NCBI GenBank assembly: GCA_964386425.1
Contig: CAYLQO010000003.1
Span: 1-52,142 of the forward strand
Source of the DNA: an uncultured Gammaproteobacteria bacterium
GTDB taxonomy: Bacteria; Patescibacteriota; Patescibacteriia; UBA1558; S5-K13
DNA: 52,142 bases
Reading direction: 5' to 3'
Part shown: in pieces, positions 17,601-25,355 of the stretch
Position numbering within the stretch: position 1 is the stretch's first letter
Layout: every line of letters begins with the position of its first letter
Notes under the pieces: model-generated
Databases searched by the model: none
What the model saw: only the letters and a program-made list of their open reading frames with translations
Told to the model about the DNA's origin: nothing
Made by a program: the position numbers and the translations under genes

Positions 17601-18533
17601 GATGAAAATGCGGTATATAGATATCATGTTACTACAACAGATTCGTTTGTTTTTAGTGATGAAGAATATTCTACAACAACATCTACAACACAATCTAGTG
17701 GTGATGGAATATATTATTTATACGTACAAGCAAAAGATATGGCTGATAATATAAGTACCTCAACAGTTTCTGCTATTCTTGATAATACAGCACCAACCAT
17801 AACTATCCTAGGTTCTAATCCAACATCAATATTTCTAGAAGAAACATATACTGATTCTGGTGCAACAGCAACAGATAATATAGATGAAAACATAGCCGTT
17901 ACAACATCAGGAACTGTAAACACATCTCAAGCTGGTACATATACTATTACATATTCAGCAATAGATATAGCAGGAAATATAAGTACTTCAACAAGAATTG
18001 TTAATGTAATAAATCGCCCCAGTTCAGCAATACCATTATTTATACTAGAATCAATGAATGATCAGAATCAAAACAATCAAAACCAAGAAGAGTATAATAA
18101 TGAAGAAGAGAGACAGGATAATAATCAAACATTGGAATATAATAATGCTATTTTTACGAATGGCTCATTTATTAAAACAAATAATGCTTCAACAGTATAT
18201 TTTATAGATACAGAAAAAAATATGAGACATGTTTATCCAAACGAAGCAGTGTGGAGATCATATTTTGGCAAAGACTTCTCATTCGTAGAAACTAAAAATA
18301 ATATTAATTTTTCTGATTATACGTTAGGAAAAAATGTAACTTTTAAAAAGGGGACATTATTTAAAATTCCATCCGTATCGAGAGTTTATTTAACGGATAA
18401 TAATGGTATAATACATTGGATTAAGACAGAAGCAAAAGCAATAGAATTATATGGTAAGAATTGGAATAAATTAGTATATGATCTAAGTGAAGCATTCTTT
18501 GGTGATTATATTGAGGGTAGTGAAGTTGAATAA
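14697..18533 (+). CDS. Large secreted multi-domain surface protein: five-bladed-propeller glycosidase-like N-domain, ~57-aa propeller-like repeats, four Ig-like ~90-aa repeats, an Ig-like (DUF5011-type) domain, an N/Q-rich linker, and two C-terminal wall-binding-like modules
   Basis: Signal peptide MKFKSKSLFFLTSFFIIGFFIVPKISSA. The N-domain has repeated ATSTDG[LI].W...NP motifs. The middle region has repeated YNGSSW..VGSAGFSAGQADY.SLA.DNN..PYVA units. Tandem TWTWDSDDPTATYRY...YYLHVQAKD.ADN units follow. Confidence 0.75.
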   Translation: MKFKSKSLFFLTSFFIIGFFIVPKISSASLPWTQYAGNPVLSQTTNSGFSSVVKDGSLYHMYYGGTSINHATSTDGLSWNANPSNPLELTGSVPMVWKEGSIWYMLFRSFDGSLNSVALATSTNGINWNEYSSNPVLEETSGWASGVEAWGIIKVESVYYMFYSDWEETRKIGIATSTDLINWNKDPNNPIFTGGRFCPFPFKYGNYYYLIVPHYTSGTDYSELELYRDTSPTFYSSSRQYMGVVISPGTSGEWNDTDQDTAFVLTDDIERDSFEITNNQLWVYFAGSPTNVPSTWYTGLIIEPNIQSAMPQKTGATWSVVGSKGMSYGVVYNTTIDIDSNDTPYVAYQDWDKSGKATVKKYNGSSWVTIGTEGFAGNAANSTQVFLHDDNPYLIYRDSLANGAKTTLMKYTDSTNWYVAGTATFSDARALLPSLYVYDDGTATGTPYVGYFNTSDNINGKVIVKKLVNSVWQTVGVEVTANTATYFYVSLVVDSGGTPYVAFYDGYNSNKLSVKKYNGSSWISVGSAGFSAGQADYISLALDNNDVPYVAYRDGGTANKATVMKYNGSSWENVGSAGFSAGQADYTSLAIDNNNIPYVAFKDATNANKITVMKYTNSGVSGWSIVGSAGFSDGQADYTWLDIDSENVPYVAFKDVANANKTTVMKYDGVDITAPFITGLSNDTTPTQSKTWTWDSDDPTATYRYVVNQNATHNFTVEAYGSTKTTIQDSGTGTYYLHVQAKDTADNTSTSTVYAVLDNTPVDNTPPTITGLSNDTTPTQSKTWTWDSDDPTATYRYVVNQNATHNFTVEAYGSTKTTIQDSGTGTYYLHVQAKDTADNTSTSTVYAVLDNTPVDNTPPTITGLSNDTTPTQSKTWTWDSDDPTATYRYVVNQNATHNFTDEVYGTTTSTTQSSGNGTYYLHVQAKDEADNTSNTSVSAILDNMAPIISGLSDDNTSTVSKNWIWSSDDENAVYRYHVTTTDSFVFSDEEYSTTTSTTQSSGDGIYYLYVQAKDMADNISTSTVSAILDNTAPTITILGSNPTSIFLEETYTDSGATATDNIDENIAVTTSGTVNTSQAGTYTITYSAIDIAGNISTSTRIVNVINRPSSAIPLFILESMNDQNQNNQNQEEYNNEEERQDNNQTLEYNNAIFTNGSFIKTNNASTVYFIDTEKNMRHVYPNEAVWRSYFGKDFSFVETKNNINFSDYTLGKNVTFKKGTLFKIPSVSRVYLTDNNGIIHWIKTEAKAIELYGKNWNKLVYDLSEAFFGDYIEGSEVE
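16728..17540 (+). repeat. In-frame tandem repeat, 276-bp period (92 aa), three copies; a fourth diverged copy follows to about 17800
   Basis: Unit starts (actggtttatcaaacgacacc) are at 16728, 17004 and 17280. I found only three differences between copies 1 and 2 by eye, all synonymous. Copy 3 appears identical to copy 2 over roughly its first 115 bp by my reading, then diverges. Confidence 0.9.
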
Positions 18534-18624
18534 AATATTATAAAATAATCTATTATTTGGGTTATTTTTTGTTTGTTTGTTTTTGATGTATAATATATAC
18601 AGTTAATAATTAATATAAAAAACT

Positions 18625-19188
18625 ATGAATGAAACGATCAAAAATTTAGCAAAAGCATTTATTGGTGAATCACAAGCAAGAAATAGATATACTTATTATG
18701 CCTCTATTGCAAAAAAAGAAGGATTTGAAGAAATTTCTGCTAATTTTACTTTGACAGCAGATCAAGAAAAAGAACATGCAAAAGTTCTCATGCAGCTTAT
18801 AAATGAACTTAATTCAAAGAGTGGAGAAGTAATAAGTATTGACGCTGAATGCCCAACTGTGCTTGGTGATACGGTTTCAAATTTAAAAGCAGCAATAGCT
18901 GGAGAAAATCATGAATACACTTCAATGTATCCAGAATTTGCTGAGGTAGCAGAGAAAGAAGGATTAAAAGATATAGCAATAAGATTAAGATGTATTGCTG
19001 AAGCAGAACAGAACCACGAGGGAAGATTCAAAAAATTTCTAGAACACTTAGAGAATAAAACTACTTTTGTAAGAACAGAAAAAGTTTATTGGGTTTGTAG
19101 AAATTGCGGATATATTCATGAATCTGAGAATGCTCCAGAAGAGTGTCCTGCATGTAAACATCCAAAAGCATATTTTGAAACAAAATAG
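18625..19188 (+). CDS. rbr: Rubrerythrin
   Basis: Ferritin-like di-iron E..H motifs (DQEKEHAKV, EAEQNHEGR) plus a C-terminal rubredoxin-like CRNCG...CPACKHP. Confidence 0.9.
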   Translation: MNETIKNLAKAFIGESQARNRYTYYASIAKKEGFEEISANFTLTADQEKEHAKVLMQLINELNSKSGEVISIDAECPTVLGDTVSNLKAAIAGENHEYTSMYPEFAEVAEKEGLKDIAIRLRCIAEAEQNHEGRFKKFLEHLENKTTFVRTEKVYWVCRNCGYIHESENAPEECPACKHPKAYFETK

Positions 19189-19257
19189 TCGCTTGTTATT
19201 AGTTAATTGTTTATGGTAGTAATAATTAACATTTACTATTAACCATTAAATAAATTT

Positions 19258-19638
19258 ATGACAAAGAAAAAACAAGTTTATAAGTGTGATATTTGTGGGA
19301 ATATTGTAGAAGTATTAAATATTGGTGCGGAATCTTTGGTTTGTTGTGGACAAGCTATGAGATTAGAGGAAGAGAAATCAGAAGACGTTGGAAATGAAAA
19401 ACATGTTCCAATAATAGAAAAAACAGATTTTGGATACAAAATAAAAGTTGGATCAGTTGAGCATCCAATGGAAGAAGCACATTTTATAGAATGGATTGAA
19501 ATAAACACTAATGATGGAAAATCAGGGAAAAAGTTTTTAAATCCTGGTGAAAAACCAGAAGCGGAATTTTATATTAAGGCAGACAAGATTACAGCTAGGG
19601 CCTATTGTAATGTTCACGGACTTTGGATTTCTAAATAA
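19258..19638 (+). CDS. dfx: Desulfoferrodoxin (2Fe superoxide reductase)
   Basis: N-terminal desulforedoxin-like CDICGN...CCGQ, the EKHVP motif, and the C-terminal YCNVHGLW. Confidence 0.9.
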   Translation: MTKKKQVYKCDICGNIVEVLNIGAESLVCCGQAMRLEEEKSEDVGNEKHVPIIEKTDFGYKIKVGSVEHPMEEAHFIEWIEINTNDGKSGKKFLNPGEKPEAEFYIKADKITARAYCNVHGLWISK

Positions 19639-19650
19639 TATTAAAACAAT

Positions 19651-21429
19651 ATGTTTGAAGAAAAAAATGAACATCAAAATGTTCAAGATTTGAATTTACA
19701 ACAAAATAATGACATGGGTATACTAAATAATCCCATACAAGTATATCCAATCAATGAGCAACAAAATAAACCAAAGAAAAAAAGATTATTTTTTATTATT
19801 CTTTTTGTTGTTGTTTTCTTGTTATTATCTGTTGCTGGATTTTTTTGGTATTACAAGGGCGAGGCAATGTATTTTTATTATAAAACACAATTTCCATGGG
19901 CTGATAGTATAAAAAATTATAAAATAGAAACTAAGTTTCAAATAATGATTCCAAAAGATTCACTAGAAGAAGCTATTTCAGATTTAATTGATAGTGGATT
20001 AATAACACAAGAACAGGCAGATAAAGTAAAATCATTTGATTCTAATTTTAACATAAGTATTGTAGATAAAAATGTTGAAATTGATTCATCTAGCAAATTT
20101 GGAGATGTAAATGTATTGCAATTTATAATTAGATATTTTTATAATGATTCAATTTACCTAAAGGCAGATACATCAAAACTATTGCAAAATATCCCAATAC
20201 CAGATAAGTGGGTTTATATATCTTTAAACAATGCCAGTGATTCTTTTGGTGGTGGTTTTATACCGATATCACAGAACTTAGTGAACAAATATTTTGCACA
20301 ATTTTCTGCTCCAGCTGGTTCAAAGAGTTTTGATACGAATATTATTAAATACATTAGTATAACTGATCCACATGAAAGTAAAGAATATAATGGCAAGCAA
20401 CTTAAAAAAATAAATTTTTCTATTAAACAGGGAAAGACAAATGATTTAATAGCATATTTGTCAGAAAAAGTACCAAAGGAAAACGCTAATCTTGTTAAAG
20501 AAACAATGTCACAGTTTAATAATTCAGAACAAAATTTAAACTTTTCCGTTTGGATAGACAAAAACACAAAAGTAATACATGGATTTGATTGTTCTGTAAA
20601 AGATTTTGATACAAGTAAATTAACCACTAGTTCTTTTTCAAAATCTAAAGACAAGGTTGATTTTAATGTCAATTTAAATATTAGTGAATTAAAAAATTAT
20701 ACAATAGAAAAACCAACAGATGCTGTTGCAATACAAGAAGTTTTTATGTCCGTTTTTTCAGGGACAACAGCAAATGTTTCAACAACGCCAATCTTAACTA
20801 ACGTTTTGAAAGATTCGGACAGTGATGGACTTTTAGATATTTATGAGCAATTGTATAATTCAGATCCAAACGATTTCGATACAGATCGTGATGGATATAA
20901 GGATGGAAATGAAGTTATAAATGGCTATAATCCAAATGGCAAAAAAAGTAGTGATAAACTAAATGATGATAAAAATATATTTTATTTTGCTTATGGATCC
21001 AATATGAATCTTGATACAATGATATCTCGCTGTGGAAAAAATAATTTTGTAGGATTTGGAGCATATTTAAATGATTATAATTTTTATTTTTATAGTCGTG
21101 GTTATGCAAATATAAAACCAGTGAAGCCATCTATTGTTCAAGGCGTTTTATATAAAATTAATCAGCAGTGTTTAAATGGTTTAGATAGAGCAGAGGGTTA
21201 TCCTAATCTTTATCAAAGACAAACCGTTAAGATAAAAAATCGTCTTGGAGATTTTGATGCTCAAGTTTATATAGTCCAAAATGACAATACAACGGGTTTC
21301 CCAACAGAGACATATTTTAATACTGTAATAGATGGTGCAATACAATATGGACTACCAAATGATTATACTCAGAATATCTATAAACTTTATGGATCTAGAC
21401 CCGTGATTTATGAAAATACAAAAAATTAA
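19651..21429 (+). CDS. Membrane-anchored protein with thrombospondin-type-3-like Ca-binding repeats and a C-terminal gamma-glutamyl cyclotransferase-like (AIG2/GGACT) domain
   Basis: TM helix LFFIILFVVVFLLLSVAGFFWYY. Asp-rich repeats DSDSDGLLD...DPNDFDTDRDGYKDGNE. GGCT signature FYFAYGSNMNLDTMISRCG, followed by GLDRAEGYPNLYQR. Confidence 0.65.
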   Translation: MFEEKNEHQNVQDLNLQQNNDMGILNNPIQVYPINEQQNKPKKKRLFFIILFVVVFLLLSVAGFFWYYKGEAMYFYYKTQFPWADSIKNYKIETKFQIMIPKDSLEEAISDLIDSGLITQEQADKVKSFDSNFNISIVDKNVEIDSSSKFGDVNVLQFIIRYFYNDSIYLKADTSKLLQNIPIPDKWVYISLNNASDSFGGGFIPISQNLVNKYFAQFSAPAGSKSFDTNIIKYISITDPHESKEYNGKQLKKINFSIKQGKTNDLIAYLSEKVPKENANLVKETMSQFNNSEQNLNFSVWIDKNTKVIHGFDCSVKDFDTSKLTTSSFSKSKDKVDFNVNLNISELKNYTIEKPTDAVAIQEVFMSVFSGTTANVSTTPILTNVLKDSDSDGLLDIYEQLYNSDPNDFDTDRDGYKDGNEVINGYNPNGKKSSDKLNDDKNIFYFAYGSNMNLDTMISRCGKNNFVGFGAYLNDYNFYFYSRGYANIKPVKPSIVQGVLYKINQQCLNGLDRAEGYPNLYQRQTVKIKNRLGDFDAQVYIVQNDNTTGFPTETYFNTVIDGAIQYGLPNDYTQNIYKLYGSRPVIYENTKN

Positions 21430-22087
21430 AAGTTTAAATAAAATATTAGATTTATTATCACAGCAGGTAGCACAATTTGATCTTCCTGCTGTTGATTTTT
21501 TGCATTCATCCCGCTCTGGCGGGATAAAAAATTTTAATAGCTTTCAAATTCTAATTTCAATTATTTTATCATCCCGTACAAATGATAAAACAACATTAAA
21601 GTCCTCATTGAAATTATTTGAAAAAGTAAACAATTATAAAGATTTAGAAAAATTAAGTTTGTTAAAAATTGAAAAATTAATTTATCCAGTTGGTTTTTAT
21701 AAAACTAAATCTAGAAATTTAAAAAAATTATGTTATGTTTTAAATAATGATTTTAACTCTGAAATTCCAGAGACCATTGATGAACTTATTAAGCTCCCAG
21801 GAGTTGGAAGAAAAACAGCAAATTTATATATTTCTACGGTTTTGAAAAAACCGGCAATTTGTGTGGATACTCATGTTCATAGGATATTAAATAGAATTGG
21901 ATATTTAAAGACAAAGACTCCGCATGAGACAGAAATTTACTTAAGGGAAAATTTGAGTAAATTATATTGGAGGAAAATAAATTTTATATTAGTATTGTTT
22001 GGTCAAAATATTTGTAGACCCATAGGACCAAAGTGTAATTTATGTAAAATTAAAAAATACTGTTTATACCATGAAACAATTAATTAA
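21410..22087 (+). CDS. nth: Endonuclease III
   Basis: ILISIILSSRTNDKTT, the HhH motif LPGVGRKTANL, catalytic region VDTHVHRI, and the 4Fe-4S motif C-x6-C-x2-C-x5-C (CRPIGPKCNLCKIKKYC). Confidence 0.9.
   Translation: MKIQKIKSLNKILDLLSQQVAQFDLPAVDFLHSSRSGGIKNFNSFQILISIILSSRTNDKTTLKSSLKLFEKVNNYKDLEKLSLLKIEKLIYPVGFYKTKSRNLKKLCYVLNNDFNSEIPETIDELIKLPGVGRKTANLYISTVLKKPAICVDTHVHRILNRIGYLKTKTPHETEIYLRENLSKLYWRKINFILVLFGQNICRPIGPKCNLCKIKKYCLYHETIN
21508..21531 (+). other. GC-clamp hairpin + A-run lying inside the nth coding region
   Basis: atcccgc-tctg-gcgggat then aaaaaa. This is the same box found 5' of starts at 8934 and 30025, and here it encodes ..SSRSGGIKN.. Confidence 0.5.
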
Positions 22088-22688
22088 AAAAATTGAAGAG
22101 CTTAGAAATTCTAAGGATAAATATTTAATTGATAAAAGATTAAAAGAATTTTTAATTTTAAATAAAAAAGGAAATAAAGAGTGGTTTTTTGAGCTTTGCT
22201 ATTGTTTGCTAACTTCAAACTGGAAAGCAAAAGAATCAATTGAAATTCAGAAAAAGCTTATTCCAGACGGATTTTTGAATTGGAATGAAAATAGATTAGC
22301 GCAGTTTTTGAAAAAATCAGGTCATAGATTTTGGCCACAGCGGGCAGACCGTATTGTTTTAGCTAGGCGTTATGAGAACATAAAAGACATTTTAATGAAC
22401 GAGAAAGACAAAAGAGCCTGGCTTGTAAAAAATATTAAAGGCCTTGGAATGAAAGAATCATCTCATTTTTTAAGAAATGTTGGAATATTTGATTTTGCGA
22501 TTTTAGATAGGCATATAATTAATAGTCTAATAGATAATAGAATAATATCTAGTCACAAAACATTAACATCAAAAAAGTATATAGAAATAGAGCAAAAAAT
22601 GGCTCAAATATGCAAAAAATTAAATATGAGTCAGGGTGAGCTTGATATATATGTTTGGTATATAAAAACAGGTAAAATTCTAAAGTAA
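22071..22688 (+). CDS. ogg: Archaeal-type 8-oxoguanine DNA glycosylase / N-glycosylase-DNA lyase (Ogg2 family)
   Basis: HhH-GPD type motif IKGLGMKESSHFLRNVGIFDFAILDRHI. The product is ~205 aa and the gene overlaps the nth stop by 17 nt. Confidence 0.8.
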   Translation: MKQLIKKIEELRNSKDKYLIDKRLKEFLILNKKGNKEWFFELCYCLLTSNWKAKESIEIQKKLIPDGFLNWNENRLAQFLKKSGHRFWPQRADRIVLARRYENIKDILMNEKDKRAWLVKNIKGLGMKESSHFLRNVGIFDFAILDRHIINSLIDNRIISSHKTLTSKKYIEIEQKMAQICKKLNMSQGELDIYVWYIKTGKILK

Positions 22689-22715
22689 TTTTCAATATTC
22701 TAATCATAGAATTTA

Positions 22716-22724
22716 TGCTATAAT
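22716..22724 (+). promoter_or_regulatory. Extended -10 promoter element TGCTATAAT, 6 nt before the pilD ATG
   Basis: tgctataat-tatggt-ATG(22731). This spacing predicts a transcript that starts at or next to the start codon. Confidence 0.4.
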
Positions 22725-22730
22725 TATGGT

Positions 22731-23504
22731 ATGTATATCATACTATTTTTCATATTAGGGGCTATTTTCGGGAGTTTTTTAAATTGCATGATTTACCGTA
22801 TACATAAAGAAAAAAGTATACTTGGGAGATCTTTTTGTCTAAGCTGCAATAAAACTCTTGAATTTTTGGATTTAATTCCTATTTTTTCATATATATTTTT
22901 ACGTGGAAAATGTAGATATTGTAAGTCAAAGTTTAGTATAGAGCATTTTTTAGTAGAATTTATTTCGGGATCATTATTCGCTTTTGGATATTGGTTCTTT
23001 TTTTCATCTGGTTTTTGGGCCTATGAAAATCTAATCACAAGCTATGCTTTTTATCTTTTATTAACTTTTTTACTTAGCTTCATATTTATTTATGATCTAA
23101 AATATTATTTAATTGTTGATGTTGTTGTTTATGTAGGGATATTTTTATCAATTGTCTTTAATGTAATTATAGGAAAAAATATTTTTAGTATTTTATACGG
23201 AGTAATTTTAGGACTTTGTTTTTTTGGAGTTCAGTATTTAATTTCAAAAGGTCGTTGGCTCGGGTCTGGTGATATATTACTGGGGGTTCTTATGGGATCA
23301 CTTTTGGGATTTAAAATAACTATTGTAGCCCTAATGATCTGTTATTTCGTGGGTTCAATAATAGGTGTGTTTTTTTTAACTTTGAAAAAGAAAAAAATGG
23401 ATTCCAGAATTCCTCTAGGGCCATTTATAGCGTTTGCAACACTTGTTTGTTTTCTTTTTGGCGAACAATTAGTAAATTGGTATTTTAATTTAATTATTTT
23501 ATGA
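22731..23504 (+). CDS. pilD: Type IV prepilin peptidase (A24 family)
   Basis: Zn-binding CLSC...CRYC N-domain. Catalytic Asp contexts are IYDLKYYLI and GSGDILLG. The protein is polytopic. Confidence 0.9.
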   Translation: MYIILFFILGAIFGSFLNCMIYRIHKEKSILGRSFCLSCNKTLEFLDLIPIFSYIFLRGKCRYCKSKFSIEHFLVEFISGSLFAFGYWFFFSSGFWAYENLITSYAFYLLLTFLLSFIFIYDLKYYLIVDVVVYVGIFLSIVFNVIIGKNIFSILYGVILGLCFFGVQYLISKGRWLGSGDILLGVLMGSLLGFKITIVALMICYFVGSIIGVFFLTLKKKKMDSRIPLGPFIAFATLVCFLFGEQLVNWYFNLIIL

Positions 23505-24088
23505 GAAAAGCATTTACACTAATGGAGGTTTTGGTTTCAATTTTTATATTTTTAGTAATTTTAGGAATAGTTATGGTTGATTATGGACACTCAAAAAAAG
23601 TAGAAGAATTAAGATTAATAACCTATGATGTGGAGGATTCTATAAGATTTGTACAGAGCATGGCACTCACTGGGCAGGAAATAAATAACCAAATACCAAC
23701 TAATGGTTATGGAATATTAATTAATAAATTAGATAATTCATATTTAATATATGGAGATAATGGTACTTTGGGTTTTAACGCTGGGGATTTACAATATTCA
23801 AAAATGGATTTACCAACAAATATAATGATTCAAGACTTAACATGTGCTGACGAGGATAATATGTATGAAGAAGGAACTGGGTCTTTTGATATAACATTTT
23901 CTGCTCCACGTTCCTCCATGGAGATATATGGTTTTTATGCTGAGCCACAAATGGGATATGAAATTTATTATAAGGGTAGTAATAAGGCTTTCTGTTTGAT
24001 TAATATTAAAAATCCAGATATTAGTGGTTCTTGGGATATAAAAATGATCCCACTATCATCTAGAATATGGACTGAATTTAATAATTAA
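23501..24088 (+). CDS. Prepilin-type N-terminal cleavage/methylation domain pseudopilin
   Basis: MRKA|FTLMEVLVSIFIFLVILGIV has Glu at +5 and Ala at -1. The start overlaps the pilD stop (ATGA). Confidence 0.7.
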   Translation: MRKAFTLMEVLVSIFIFLVILGIVMVDYGHSKKVEELRLITYDVEDSIRFVQSMALTGQEINNQIPTNGYGILINKLDNSYLIYGDNGTLGFNAGDLQYSKMDLPTNIMIQDLTCADEDNMYEEGTGSFDITFSAPRSSMEIYGFYAEPQMGYEIYYKGSNKAFCLINIKNPDISGSWDIKMIPLSSRIWTEFNN

Positions 24089-24091
24089 ATT

Positions 24092-24787
24092 ATGAATTAT
24101 TTTTTTATAAAAAAAAGTAAAGCACAGGGAATATTAGAGGTTGTAATAGCAATATATATAGCTGTTGTTGGAATTTTGTCTATTATGAATTTGGTTTTTT
24201 CTAGTATTAGGGTTGAAAGATTAAATCATAGTATGCTAATCGCTACAAATTTAGCAAGAGAGGGAATAGAAGTAGCAAGAAATATAAGAGATTCAAATTG
24301 GGTAGGTGGAAGAGAGTGGAACATTGGCCTTTTAGCAAATGGTGGAGTAGAAAGAAGTTTTATTATTTATAATAATTATTTGGCTACAGATCAAAATGGA
24401 TATAGCCTTGCACCAATAGGAATAAGTTGGAATGAGTGTATACAACAAGGAGAATTATCTCCATGTAGAGTGTTTCTGGTTTGGAAGCGTGATGAAGATT
24501 TAAATCCAGATAAGAGGAAAATGTATGTTCAGAATTTAGAAATAATTAATGACAGTAACTATAAATATTCAAGTACAAATTTTTATAGAATAATTTATAT
24601 ATATGATATTTGTTCTAGGGACCTAGATGGACTTGAAAAAATTAATAAATCATCAGACAGGGATTGTAATGTAATGTTTTCTGGTACCTCAGAGATAGGA
24701 ATGTTAATTATTTCAATAGTCGGCTGGCAAGATGGAGATTCCATGAAAACAATTCAGGTTAGTGAAGGAATATACAATTGGAAATAA
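24092..24787 (+). CDS. Pilin-like protein with a degenerate class III signal
   Basis: KSKA|QGILEVVIAIYIAVVGILSI has Glu at +5 if cleaved after Ala. It lies within the pseudopilin operon. Confidence 0.5.
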   Translation: MNYFFIKKSKAQGILEVVIAIYIAVVGILSIMNLVFSSIRVERLNHSMLIATNLAREGIEVARNIRDSNWVGGREWNIGLLANGGVERSFIIYNNYLATDQNGYSLAPIGISWNECIQQGELSPCRVFLVWKRDEDLNPDKRKMYVQNLEIINDSNYKYSSTNFYRIIYIYDICSRDLDGLEKINKSSDRDCNVMFSGTSEIGMLIISIVGWQDGDSMKTIQVSEGIYNWK

Positions 24788-24804
24788 TGATATAAATTTT
24801 AGTT

Positions 24805-25353
24805 ATGACAAAAAAAATAAAAAATAAGCCAGGGTTTACATTGCTTGAAATGATTGTTGCAACAGCCATTTTTGTTATTGTTTCTACGATTTGTATTGGA
24901 ATATATATATTAACAATGAAGGCAAATACACAAGTTATATCAATGCAAAAAATACAAAATGAGATGAGATTTGCAATGGATTATATATCGAGAGAAGTAA
25001 GACTAGGCACTATTTATTATGATTATTATGAGAATTCTGAAATACAAAATCCTGTTGATGTTTTAGTGCTCGAAGATAATTTTAGTAATAGAGTCTTTTT
25101 TAGAAGAGTGGAAAGAGAAAATGAAGACGGAGAAATTAGTGGTTTTTTACAAGTGCAATACAATAATTCTAATTGGAGCGATATTACGGGGGATAATGTT
25201 AATGTAGAAGATCTATATTTTTATATTGATCCAATAACGTCAGATGTGAAAAATCAGAATATTGTAACTATTGTTATGAGATTTTTTGATGATAGAGATG
25301 AGTCAGAGATTTTGTTACAAACAACTATAAGTGCAAGAAATTATATAAAATAA
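24805..25353 (+). CDS. Prepilin-type pseudopilin (PilW/GspJ-like)
   Basis: Canonical KNKPG|FTLLEMIVATAIFVIVS. Confidence 0.75.
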   Translation: MTKKIKNKPGFTLLEMIVATAIFVIVSTICIGIYILTMKANTQVISMQKIQNEMRFAMDYISREVRLGTIYYDYYENSEIQNPVDVLVLEDNFSNRVFFRRVERENEDGEISGFLQVQYNNSNWSDITGDNVNVEDLYFYIDPITSDVKNQNIVTIVMRFFDDRDESEILLQTTISARNYIK

Positions 25354-25355
25354 TT

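Noticed and set aside
16728-17800. Could the regular ~276-bp repeats be a CRISPR array or a diversity-generating retroelement target/template pair?
   Set aside because: The period is far too long and there are no spacers, because the units are contiguous and in frame inside a large ORF. No reverse transcriptase or cas gene is in the window. The differences I saw between copies are ordinary synonymous transitions (G/A, C/T), not adenine-specific mutagenesis.
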